Part shown: positions 1 through 8,171 of the stretch, piece after piece
How the letters are laid out: the number at the start of each line of letters is the position of its first letter
Position numbering within the stretch: the stretch's first letter is position 1
DNA from: Candidatus Aenigmatarchaeota archaeon
Lineage (GTDB): Archaea; Aenigmatarchaeota; Aenigmatarchaeia; CG10238-14; SpSt-28
Length of the DNA: 61,445 nt
Direction of reading: 5' to 3'
NCBI GenBank assembly: GCA_020832825.1
Contig: JAJHRL010000001.1
Location: forward strand, 1-61,445
The notes under the pieces: model-generated
Databases searched by the model: none
The model's input: the letters and a program-made list of their open reading frames with translations, nothing else
What the model was told of the DNA's origin: nothing
Translations under genes and position numbers: made by a program

Positions 1-1247
1 CCTTTTATTCCACCCATACTTTTCATGAGTTTTTTCATCTTGAAATATTGGTCTAAAAGTTCTCTAACTTCTTCTTCTTTCGTTCCACTCCCCTTAGCAA
101 TTCTCCTTATTCTACTCTCGTTTATTATTTCTGGATTTTTTCTTTCTTCTGGTGTCATGGATTGCATCATATATTTCCATTTTTTCATTTTCTCTTCTTG
201 CTGCTTTAGCAAGTCTTTCGGTAAACTTAATCCTGGAATCATTGATATTATGTTCGATAGCGGACCCATGCTTCTTATTGATTCGATTTGTTCGATAAAG
301 TCTTCAAGAGTAAATTCCCCTTCTACAATTTTTTCAACCTTTTCAGGCTTAACAACTTCTCTTGCTTTCTCAAGTAAAGTCTCTAGATCACCAAGACCAA
401 GCATTCTAGAAACAAATCTTTTCGGATCATATTTCTCAAAAGCGTCAATTTTTTCACCAACACCTATAAACTTAACTTTTGCACCAGTCACACTACAAGC
501 AGCTATTGCTGCGCCACCTTTTGCTGAAGAGTCCATCTTTGTTATTATAATTCCAGTTATTCCAACAAGTTTATTGAATTCTTCAGCCTGTTTTCTTGCT
601 ACCTTTCCTATGTCAGCAGGTAAAACCAATAGAACTTCATCGGGCTTTATTATCTCTTCTAATTTCTTGAGTTCATTCGCTAATTCTTCGTTTAAGGCAT
701 CTCTACCTGCAGTATCGTAAATAACGTAATCATAGTCTTTGAACTTCTCTAAACTCTTTTTTGCTACCTCAAAAGCGTCTTTACCAATCAAAATTTTTAT
801 ATTTATCTTTTCGGCAATTTGCTTCAATTGTTCAGGAGCTGCTGGCCTATGGTAATCCAATCCAACAAGAGCAACTTTACCTCTCTTTTTTAAATAATAT
901 GCAAGTTTTCCAGCTGTTGTTGTTTTCCCGCTTCCAAAAAGACCAACCAACATTATTTTTTTTCCTTTTATATCTGTTGCTTCTTTTCCAAGAATTGAGA
1001 CTAACTCATCATAAACTACCTTTATCAAATATTCTTTAAGCGTCAATCCTTCTGGAATTTTTTCCTTTAACACCTTTCTCCTTACAGTCTCGATAAAGTT
1101 ATTTGTTATCTCTACATCAACATCAGACTGTAAAAAGATAATTCTTAGTTCTTTTAAAAATTCTTCTACAGCTTTTTCATCGACACTACTTTTTCCAATT
1201 ATTTTTCTTATTGCGTTTTTCAGTCCCTCAGAGAATAGTTCTAACAT
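1..1247 (-). CDS. srp54: Signal recognition particle protein SRP54 (C-terminus cut by window edge)
   Basis: Absent from the ORF track because it runs off the window. Minus-strand translation from ATG (comp. 1245-1247) gives MLELFSEGLKNAIRKI.., G-domain P-loop MLVGLFGSGKTTTAGKLA and a Met-rich M-domain (..KMKKLMKSMGG..) at the edge. The + ORFs 25..720 and 761..1039 are antisense shadows. Confidence 0.9.
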   Translation of the reverse strand, partial: MLELFSEGLKNAIRKIIGKSSVDEKAVEEFLKELRIIFLQSDVDVEITNNFIETVRRKVLKEKIPEGLTLKEYLIKVVYDELVSILGKEATDIKGKKIMLVGLFGSGKTTTAGKLAYYLKKRGKVALVGLDYHRPAAPEQLKQIAEKINIKILIGKDAFEVAKKSLEKFKDYDYVIYDTAGRDALNEELANELKKLEEIIKPDEVLLVLPADIGKVARKQAEEFNKLVGITGIIITKMDSSAKGGAAIAACSVTGAKVKFIGVGEKIDAFEKYDPKRFVSRMLGLGDLETLLEKAREVVKPEKVEKIVEGEFTLEDFIEQIESIRSMGPLSNIISMIPGLSLPKDLLKQQEEKMKKWKYMMQSMTPEERKNPEIINESRIRRIAKGSGTKEEEVRELLDQYFKMKKLMKSMGGIK

Positions 1248-1280
1248 AAATCAACATTTCCTTCTAACAATTTATTCTCT

Positions 1281-2273
1281 TTAAAAACCTAACAAGTTAT
1301 TCAAAAACTCTTCTTTATCAAAATACTTTATGTCTTCATAGTTTTGCCCATCGCAAACAAAAAGTATCGGTTTTTTAAGTAGGTAAGAAACAGATAGTAT
1401 TGCTCCACCTTTTTCATTAACATCAAGCTTCGTGAAAACTACAGCATCAACTCCAATTTCGTTGAAGAACTTTGCTTGATTTACAGCATCATTTCCAGTT
1501 AAACTATCTATAACTAAAACCTTTAAATCAGGCTTATTAACTCTCACAATTTTCTTTAATTCCTCCATAAGGTTTTCATTTGTATAACTTCTGCCTGCAG
1601 TATCAGCGAGAACAACATCTATTTTCTTAGCTTCAGCATACTTTCTTGCATCAAAAATTACTGCAGCAGGATCAGCTCCATACTTTTGCTTTATAATTGG
1701 TACCCCAATTCTTTTAGCATGCTCTTCCAATTGTTCAATTGAGGCCGCTCTAAAAGTATCTCCGGCAGCTAACACACAACTAAATCCTTTTTTTATCAAC
1801 AGATTAGCTACCTTGGCAATTGTCGTCGTTTTACCAGAACCATTAAAGCCAAAGAACACAATTAAATAGGGTCTTTTTCTCCTTATTTCATCTTCTAAAC
1901 TAATTTTTGGCAGGTCTAAGATTTCATTTAAACTTCTTCTTATTGCTTCAATCACTATTTCCTTTTCCCTACCTCTTTTTACCTCTTTTCCGTCTAGTTC
2001 TTTTATTAAACTTTCTTTCAAGTTCCTAGCAATTTCGTAGGCAACATCAGCTTCAATAAGGCTTATTTCTAAATCACTTAATATAGCTTCCAATTCTTCA
2101 CGAGTTAGCTTTTTCTCTATAACTCTTTTTATTATACCTTCTTTAAGCGTTAGAAAAAACCTCTTATCTTTCTCAGCTTTTTTCTCTTCTTCACTTCGAC
2201 TTTCTGCTTCAACACCTTTTCCTAAAATTTTCTCTGTTAATTCTTTCAGTTTCTTTTTCAGAACCTCAAACAT
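1281..2273 (-). CDS. ftsY: SRP receptor FtsY
   Basis: SRP-GTPase motifs GFNGSGKTTTIAKVA, DTAGR and TKLD. Sits directly upstream of srp54 on the same strand. Confidence 0.93.
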   Translation of the reverse strand: MFEVLKKKLKELTEKILGKGVEAESRSEEEKKAEKDKRFFLTLKEGIIKRVIEKKLTREELEAILSDLEISLIEADVAYEIARNLKESLIKELDGKEVKRGREKEIVIEAIRRSLNEILDLPKISLEDEIRRKRPYLIVFFGFNGSGKTTTIAKVANLLIKKGFSCVLAAGDTFRAASIEQLEEHAKRIGVPIIKQKYGADPAAVIFDARKYAEAKKIDVVLADTAGRSYTNENLMEELKKIVRVNKPDLKVLVIDSLTGNDAVNQAKFFNEIGVDAVVFTKLDVNEKGGAILSVSYLLKKPILFVCDGQNYEDIKYFDKEEFLNNLLGF

Positions 2274-2666
2274 TTAACTTCCCTTCTTAATTCCTTCTGC
2301 TAATTTCTTTTGTTGGGAGACAATGTTTTCTATTTCTTTCTCTATTTCCTTTATAGCACTCTTTAGCGTGTCTTCTCTTTTTCTAAGGATGTTAACTACA
2401 TCTTTCTTATCTACCTCAACTAAAACTCTAGCACCTATGCTAACTAAAAATCTCTCTTTCATTACTTTTCCCCAACAGTAAACTCCACTCCCAACAGAAA
2501 ATAGAGAGTCGACATTTTCTTTAAGCTCTTCTAGAGAGGATAGTGTATCTTCTATCTCCTCTATCTTTTCCAGTATTTCATTTCTTTCTTTCAAAAGAGC
2601 TTCTAGCTTTGCTTGTAACTCCGAGTATTTAATTATCATTTCCTTTCTTTCTCTTTCTTCGTTCAT
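2274..2666 (-). CDS. pfdA: Prefoldin alpha subunit
   Basis: 130-aa protein with two coiled-coil arms around a beta-hairpin core (SVGSGVY..VSIGARVLVE). Its stop abuts the ftsY start. Confidence 0.8.
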   Translation of the reverse strand: MNEERERKEMIIKYSELQAKLEALLKERNEILEKIEEIEDTLSSLEELKENVDSLFSVGSGVYCWGKVMKERFLVSIGARVLVEVDKKDVVNILRKREDTLKSAIKEIEKEIENIVSQQKKLAEGIKKGS

Positions 2667-2813
2667 ACAATCACAACTGCTTAAAACATTTTATAAGAAA
2701 GCTTAACTTGTTTACTTCTATTTCCTTGTTATCGTTTACTCTTTTATGGTTCATTTTTTTCTCCATTATAGGAATTGTAAACTTGAAACATATAGCTTTA
2801 CTCTACAGCATAG

Positions 2814-2824
2814 TTTTATAAAAG
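2814..2824 (+). promoter_or_regulatory. TATA-box-like element upstream of 5S rRNA
   Basis: TTTTATAAAAG lies about 20-30 nt upstream of the first nucleotide of the 5S helix, matching archaeal TATA spacing. Confidence 0.5.
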
Positions 2825-2843
2825 CAAGTGATAAAAATATATT

Positions 2844-2963
2844 GGTTGGCGGCCAGATCGGGAGGGAAACACCCGGTCTCGTTCCGATCCCGGAAGTTAA
2901 GCCTCCCGGAGGTGTGGAAAGTACTGCTCCGCATGGAGCGGGAAATTCACGTCGCCGCCAACC
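2844..2963 (+). rRNA. rrf: 5S ribosomal RNA
   Basis: About 120 nt GC-rich island in AT-rich DNA. Terminal helix GGTTGGCGGCC...GTCGCCGCCAACC, with internal CCCGGAAGTTAAGC typical of 5S loop/helix regions. Confidence 0.9.
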
Positions 2964-3016
2964 GAATTTATTTTTTACAAAAGATTTAACTTCGAAGGAG
3001 ACTTAAAATTATAGAT

Positions 3017-3089
3017 GCCCTCGTCGTCTAGTGGCCTAGGATGCAGGCCTGTCACGCCTGAGACCCGGGTTCGAATCCCGGCGGGGGCG
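3017..3089 (+). tRNA. tRNA-Asp (GTC)
   Basis: Cloverleaf read by eye: acceptor GCCCTCG/CGGGGGC, anticodon arm CAGGC-CTGTCAC-GCCTG, T arm CCGGG-TTCGAAT-CCCGG, discriminator G. No encoded CCA. Confidence 0.9.
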
Positions 3090-3091
3090 AA

Positions 3092-3099
3092 TTCTTTTT
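3092..3099 (+). terminator. T-tract, possible archaeal terminator after tRNA-Asp
   Basis: TTCTTTTT lies immediately 3' of the tRNA. Oligo-T tracts terminate archaeal RNAP. Confidence 0.35.
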
Positions 3100-3183
3100 G
3101 GGATATGTACATCTTTTTGACGCTTTTGATAGAGGGCTCAATTTTTATCAGTCTTTAAATCCTTTAAACAAGTACATAATTAT

Positions 3184-3573
3184 ATGTACATAGAGTCATA
3201 TATGTCGGATAATAAACAGAATTATGAGAATAGAAAAAGGAGCGGTGTTTCAGGTAGTATAACACCATATTTAAGTGATTTAAAGAACAATTTAAAAAAA
3301 AGGTTTAAGAAATATGTTGGTACAGGAATAGTATTAGTTGCTATAGGAGCAGGACTTGTATTTTTAAATGCGACACTAGGAGCATTTGTTGGTGCTCTTT
3401 TTGGAGAAATCTTAGATCATATACCATATCTTAATACTGCTATTTCAGATACACTAAATACTATGTTTCACACAAACTATTTCACGGGAAATTTGGACAA
3501 AGTTGGTGCTACTCTAGGATTTGTTGCTGGATTTTTCAAAGGCTACAACATACAATTAAAATATAAAATATAA
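3184..3573 (+). CDS. Hypothetical small membrane protein
   Basis: Gly/Ala-rich hydrophobic segments (GIVLVAIGAGLVFLNATLGAFVGALFG; GATLGFVAGFF). No recognisable family. The start may be the second Met (3202). Confidence 0.45.
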   Translation: MYIESYMSDNKQNYENRKRSGVSGSITPYLSDLKNNLKKRFKKYVGTGIVLVAIGAGLVFLNATLGAFVGALFGEILDHIPYLNTAISDTLNTMFHTNYFTGNLDKVGATLGFVAGFFKGYNIQLKYKI

Positions 3574-3602
3574 CAAAAAAGAAAAAAAAGTAGATCAAGA
3601 TT

Positions 3603-4346
3603 TTACTGTATCGTGTATCCTCCATCACTTATTATAACCTGCCCTGTTATATTGCTAGATTCGTCTGAAGCTAAAAATACTGCCAAGTTTGCTATATCTT
3701 CTGGCTTACCCCATCTTCCAATTGGAATTGTTTTTTTGATATTTTCATAAAGCTCCTTTCCTAGAGCCATGGTTCCAGGAGTTTCTATTGGGCCTGGGGC
3801 TATTGCATTAACGTTTATTCCGTAAGGTGCTAACTCTAAAGCTAAAGCTCTTGTAAAACCACTCATTCCTCCTTTACTAGCGCAATAATGAGTCAATTGT
3901 GGAAATCCAACAACAGTTCCGGCAATTGAAGTTATGTTGATTATTTTTCCATATTTTTGTTTTATCATCGTTTCAACGACAGCCTTTGTGCAATTGAAAG
4001 TTCCTTTAAGATTTACGTTAATAACTTTATCCCAATCGCTTTCTGTCATCTCAACAAAAGGTTTGAATGGATAGATTCCTGCATTGTTTACTAGTATGTC
4101 TATTCTACCAAAAGCTCTTAAAGTTTCTTCAGCCATTTTCTTCGCATCTTCCATCTTAGAAACATCTACCTTTATTGCAATTGCTTCTCTTCCCATTTTC
4201 TTTATCTCTTCAGCCACTTCTTTCTCTTTACCTGTTATATCAGTTACTACAACTTTTGCTCCTTCTCTCGCAAAAGCAAGGGCGATTTCTTTTCCTATTC
4301 CTTGACCAGCGCCAGTTATTATTGCGACTTTATCCTTAAGTTTCAT
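3603..4346 (-). CDS. Short-chain dehydrogenase/reductase (FabG-like)
   Basis: TGAGQGIGKEIA cofactor motif, NNAG, and catalytic YCASKGG (YxxxK). Confidence 0.85.
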   Translation of the reverse strand: MKLKDKVAIITGAGQGIGKEIALAFAREGAKVVVTDITGKEKEVAEEIKKMGREAIAIKVDVSKMEDAKKMAEETLRAFGRIDILVNNAGIYPFKPFVEMTESDWDKVINVNLKGTFNCTKAVVETMIKQKYGKIINITSIAGTVVGFPQLTHYCASKGGMSGFTRALALELAPYGINVNAIAPGPIETPGTMALGKELYENIKKTIPIGRWGKPEDIANLAVFLASDESSNITGQVIISDGGYTIQ

Positions 4347-4375
4347 AGGTTGTTTTTATTTCTCTTAATTTAAAG

Positions 4376-5536
4376 CTAAAGCTTCCTGTAGCATTTTCCG
4401 TCTTTTCCAACGTAGAAACCTTCAGGACAAGTTACGCAGATATTATTATAAGTTTGATAACCTGGAGGACATTCTAAACAAGTTTTGTTATCTGAAGCAA
4501 GCCCAGTTCCAATAGGACAAGCGTTAACACATTTGTTATTATAAGTGAAGGGATACTCATTTGAACATTCTAAGCAAAGATAATTTTTACTTCCAATTCC
4601 CGTACCTCCTGGACACCTAGAATAACAAGAGCCATTGTAGTAAAATGGGTACTCTTTTTTGCATGGATTCTTGCAATAGTATTTTACTGTTGAAGTGTTT
4701 AGTGCATTTAAACAATCATCAACAATTCTTCCAACTTTGTATGTGGTATCGAATGGTATCCAAATTCCATCTTCAACTTCAAAATATTGAAATTCTTTTT
4801 CGTTTGAATAGAATGAAAGCTCATTGATCACCTCTTCAACATTTCTTGTCGGGAAGAAAACTTCGCTCCAAGCATGCTGACAACCTTCAACATATCTTAC
4901 TCTAACAACGCTTCCAATTGATGCACTCATAGAAGCAAAAAGTATAGCTTGATCGTCGCACTTCCCAGCTTTCAACTCGAGAGTTTTTGTTGGTAACATA
5001 GCTTCTGAATAGCTTCCTGGCAAGTATCTTATGTTTTCTTTTATCCAATTGTAAATTTTAAAGTTGTATAGAAGGTAAGGAAAAGCCGAAGCTCCGTAAT
5101 TTGGCAAAATAGAAATTGTAAAACTTTTCAAGCTTTCTGAGTCTATTTTATCCTCACAATCATAATTTACAAAAGCTTTGATTAGTTTATCGTATAGATA
5201 GCTGACATTTGGCTGATAATATATACATTTTCCAGTTTTGTTCTCGTAGCATTCCAAATATCCAATTTCACATTTTTGGTAACAAGAACCTCTGCAAAAT
5301 ATTGGATAATTTTTTGGGCAAATTTCAGATTTATATGAAATTAAAGTTGCTTCTGCTTTCTTTAAACTCTCATTTTCTATTTTAAATTCTATAAGTGGAG
5401 AAAATTCTTTTACCGTTTGATTGAATTGATATTCTTCTTGAGTTGGAAATAAATTGCTGAAGTTCTGAAATAAAAAGAATAAGGATATTATTGCAAGAGA
5501 AGAGAAAATTAAAAGAACAAGTATTTTGTTTGTCAT
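4376..5536 (-). CDS. Secreted/anchored transglutaminase-like protein with cysteine-rich (furin/VSP-like CxxC) repeats
   Basis: N-terminal hydrophobic signal/anchor (ILVLLIFSSLAIISLFFLF). Putative Cys-His-Asp core (KAGKCDDQAILFA .. CQHAWSEVFF .. IPFDTT). C-terminal repeats such as CLECSNEYPF..C..CPIGTG, CLECPPGY..CVTCPEGF. Confidence 0.6.
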   Translation of the reverse strand: MTNKILVLLIFSSLAIISLFFLFQNFSNLFPTQEEYQFNQTVKEFSPLIEFKIENESLKKAEATLISYKSEICPKNYPIFCRGSCYQKCEIGYLECYENKTGKCIYYQPNVSYLYDKLIKAFVNYDCEDKIDSESLKSFTISILPNYGASAFPYLLYNFKIYNWIKENIRYLPGSYSEAMLPTKTLELKAGKCDDQAILFASMSASIGSVVRVRYVEGCQHAWSEVFFPTRNVEEVINELSFYSNEKEFQYFEVEDGIWIPFDTTYKVGRIVDDCLNALNTSTVKYYCKNPCKKEYPFYYNGSCYSRCPGGTGIGSKNYLCLECSNEYPFTYNNKCVNACPIGTGLASDNKTCLECPPGYQTYNNICVTCPEGFYVGKDGKCYRKL

Positions 5537-5539
5537 CCT

Positions 5540-6622
5540 TCATCCCTTTACAATTAACCCAAGTTCTCCAGCTTTATCTAATGTCTTTTCATGCTCTTCT
5601 TTCGTTATCCTTCTGTTTATCTTTTCGTTTTCTAAAGCTTTGAAACAAGGGTAGTACTGATCCATTATGTTAACTATGCAATTTCTACCTAGATTCTTTG
5701 AAATCCACTCTAAAATGGGAAAAGTGCAGCATTCAACGTGGCTTGGCAAAATTAAATGTCTTATAACAACTTCAGCTTGCCTACTAGCAATTAAATGATT
5801 TCTTGTTACAACACTCCAATAATTTTTCACTTTAGTTAGCTCTTCAGAACATTTTCCAGGTCCAAATTTAAAGTCTGTCAAATAAACATCGACGAAACCG
5901 TCCAAAAGCTTCATAGAAATTTCACTCATATACATGTTGCTATTCCAAACGATTGGAACATTTTCGTTTACATGCTCAAAAACTTCTAAAATTTTGTTTA
6001 AATATGGAGTAGGTTCCCCACCGACTAAATTCACATTTCTACACCCTTCTCTTCTTCTCTTTTCTATAATCTTTGCTAATACTTTCGGTTCAATTGTCTC
6101 GCCTTTTTCTAATCGATAACTTATGGTATAATTTTGGCAGAAAATACATTGCATATTACAAGACCAAAAGAATATTGTGTGAGAAGGAGTAATAAAACTC
6201 TCTTCTCCCATGTGGATGAATTCTGAAGAAATTCTAATTTCATTTCCAACTTGACAAAAACCTTTTTGCCCTTTAGTTCTATCAACTTTGCATTTCCATT
6301 CACATAGTTGACATTCTTTTACGATTTCATTTGCTATGAGTTTTTTAAGAGTTAAGAGATTTGTTTTATAAAATCTCATTCTTTCAATTTTGCCTTCTTT
6401 AAATTCTTTTATTAGATTATCATGCAGCTTCCAAAGTTCTTCTAAACTTGCGCTCTTTGGTATTTCTACTTCAAAACTTTTTAAAAGAAGAAAATTGGCA
6501 GGGAGCTTATTGTTAACAATATTAATATATCTCTTCAAAACTTTTTTTACGTTCTCATCTTCGAATGCATAAATTGCATCTGGTCTTAGGTATAGTAGTT
6601 CAGGATTTATTTTCTCCACCAT
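5540..6622 (-). CDS. Radical SAM protein, PflX-like (pyruvate formate-lyase activase homolog family)
   Basis: CNMQCIFC (CX3CX2C) cluster motif and GGEPTP. The track ORF extends to 6721, but MVEKINPE.. (6622) is the likely start because upstream residues are low-complexity and overlap the divergent gene. Confidence 0.75.
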   Translation of the reverse strand: MVEKINPELLYLRPDAIYAFEDENVKKVLKRYINIVNNKLPANFLLLKSFEVEIPKSASLEELWKLHDNLIKEFKEGKIERMRFYKTNLLTLKKLIANEIVKECQLCEWKCKVDRTKGQKGFCQVGNEIRISSEFIHMGEESFITPSHTIFFWSCNMQCIFCQNYTISYRLEKGETIEPKVLAKIIEKRRREGCRNVNLVGGEPTPYLNKILEVFEHVNENVPIVWNSNMYMSEISMKLLDGFVDVYLTDFKFGPGKCSEELTKVKNYWSVVTRNHLIASRQAEVVIRHLILPSHVECCTFPILEWISKNLGRNCIVNIMDQYYPCFKALENEKINRRITKEEHEKTLDKAGELGLIVKG

Positions 6623-6631
6623 ATCTAATTT

Positions 6632-7741
6632 ATGAGTGATGAAAATTTTTCGTTTTTCAGAAAGCTGTATGAAGAATATAAAGGGTTTGGAAAAGAGCAG
6701 CTGAAAGAAAATTATAAACATTGGATAGGGAATGTAAAGTTACCAGAGAAAAAAGTAGAGGAAATATTTCTCAACTTCAGACTAAAGACATTTTTCACTT
6801 TCTTGGATATTCTAAGAACTCTTTACTTTAGCAGAAGCGTTTTCGAGGTAATTAAGAAGTATAATGAAGATATTTGGTTTGGTTTTGAAATCTTAAGTTT
6901 TCTTTTGAATAAGAATTTAATCAAGCTAAGAAAAGATAAAGTAATTTTTAGGGAAAAATTTGATTCTTTTTTCATTAAACCGCTAAGCGAGAAAGAGATA
7001 ATAACCAAGCTTCAAAGAGGCTTAAGAATGAAAATTGATTTGAGTAAGCCTTTACTTTATAATTTGAATAGAAATAGCAAATTCAAATGGAAGGCAAATT
7101 ATGACCAAATTCCTATAACAACAAAATCTGCAGTCTCATTGCTATCCAAAATATCTTACTATTTTCCTGCAAAGCTAAATTTCGCTTTTCTCGGTGATGA
7201 CGATTTTCTCTCCATTCCTTTTAAAATAATCTTTAACGTGCCAACATTTTCTCTTGACAAAGATAAAGACTTACTTTCTGAGATTGAGGAAATATGTAAA
7301 AAAAGAAATATAGACATCGTTACATTGGAGGCGGATGTTTTAAAACCAAAAAAAATTGGAAGCTTTTACGGTTGTTATACAAACCCACCTTATAATCTTC
7401 CTGGTTCCACTCAATTTGTTAGGTTTGCATCGAAACTTATGGGAAAGGAAGGAGGAATTATTTTTCTGGTTCTAGGAAACGATGCTATTGGAAAGAGATT
7501 CGTTCATCTTCAAAGAGAAATTGCTAACTTAAATCTTGTAATAAAAGAAGTCCTTCCTTCTACCATCTCCTATGGTTTTTATCCTTATCATAAAGAGGAT
7601 AAACTTATTTACAAGAAAATGAAGAGATTGGGCGTTAACATTAGAGGGAAAGAAGTATCCTTTGCAGCGCTTTATGTATTAGAGTATGTTGGAAAAGTTA
7701 AGAAAACTTTAAGAGAGAAAAGTATTTACTCTTACGTGTGA
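6632..7741 (+). CDS. BpsA-like (DUF43) branched-chain polyamine aminopropyltransferase
   Basis: YDQIPITTKS..FLGDDDFLS..LDKDKDL..CYTNPPYN parallels, from memory, the Thermococcus BpsA FDQAYVTPET..VLGDDDLTS..LDIDERL..ITDPPET. Followed by SAM decarboxylase. Exact start uncertain. Confidence 0.65.
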   Translation: MSDENFSFFRKLYEEYKGFGKEQLKENYKHWIGNVKLPEKKVEEIFLNFRLKTFFTFLDILRTLYFSRSVFEVIKKYNEDIWFGFEILSFLLNKNLIKLRKDKVIFREKFDSFFIKPLSEKEIITKLQRGLRMKIDLSKPLLYNLNRNSKFKWKANYDQIPITTKSAVSLLSKISYYFPAKLNFAFLGDDDFLSIPFKIIFNVPTFSLDKDKDLLSEIEEICKKRNIDIVTLEADVLKPKKIGSFYGCYTNPPYNLPGSTQFVRFASKLMGKEGGIIFLVLGNDAIGKRFVHLQREIANLNLVIKEVLPSTISYGFYPYHKEDKLIYKKMKRLGVNIRGKEVSFAALYVLEYVGKVKKTLREKSIYSYV

Positions 7742-7814
7742 AAGAAAAAATTTAAGTTAAGAAATTTAATAAAAAATTAGGAGACTTTGGGAGCCATGGG
7801 CAGTTCACAAGAAA

Positions 7815-8168
7815 ATGAAGGTAAAACACCTAAATGCAAAGTTGGAAAACTGCAGAATAGATAAAAGTTTGTTTAGTGATGAGTCTTTTGTTAAAAAAGT
7901 TCTTGATGAAATCGTTAAAAAATTGAGCATGACGTTTATCGATAAACTATCTTTCAAATTCAATCCGCATGGCTTAAGCATGCTTTATTTGATTGCTGAG
8001 AGCCATATAGCAATTCACACCTGGCCTGAACATGAATTAATAGATTTAGAAATAGTGACATGTAAAGAAGAATCAGATGTTATGGAAGGTCTGAAGGTTG
8101 CGATGAAGTACTTCAAACCTGAAAAAATAGAAACTAACTACTGGGAATATACGTATGAGGAAAAATAA
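7815..8168 (+). CDS. speH: S-adenosylmethionine decarboxylase proenzyme (pyruvoyl, SpeH type)
   Basis: Self-cleavage/active-site motif AESHIAIHTWPE. Size of 117 aa is typical. Confidence 0.88.
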   Translation: MKVKHLNAKLENCRIDKSLFSDESFVKKVLDEIVKKLSMTFIDKLSFKFNPHGLSMLYLIAESHIAIHTWPEHELIDLEIVTCKEESDVMEGLKVAMKYFKPEKIETNYWEYTYEEK

Positions 8169-8171
8169 TTT

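Noticed and set aside
25-1039. The + strand ORFs 25..720 (231 aa) and 761..1039 (92 aa)
   Set aside because: They are S/F/L-rich low-complexity translations lying antisense to a clear SRP54 gene on the minus strand. These are shadow ORFs typical of AT-rich genomes.
2746-3006. 86-aa + strand ORF
   Set aside because: It is spanned by the 5S rRNA gene and its flanks. The peptide (..GGQIGRETPGLVPIPEVKPPGG..) is just a translation of the GC-rich rRNA.
6636-6703. C/D-box-sRNA-like string (GTGATGA ... TGAAGA ... CTGA) at the divergent rSAM/bpsA-like junction
   Set aside because: Box spacing is about 68 nt in total, with a 25-nt gap before the D box, which does not fit the 12-nt guide geometry. There is no clear D' box, and the sequence lies inside the most likely bpsA-like coding start.
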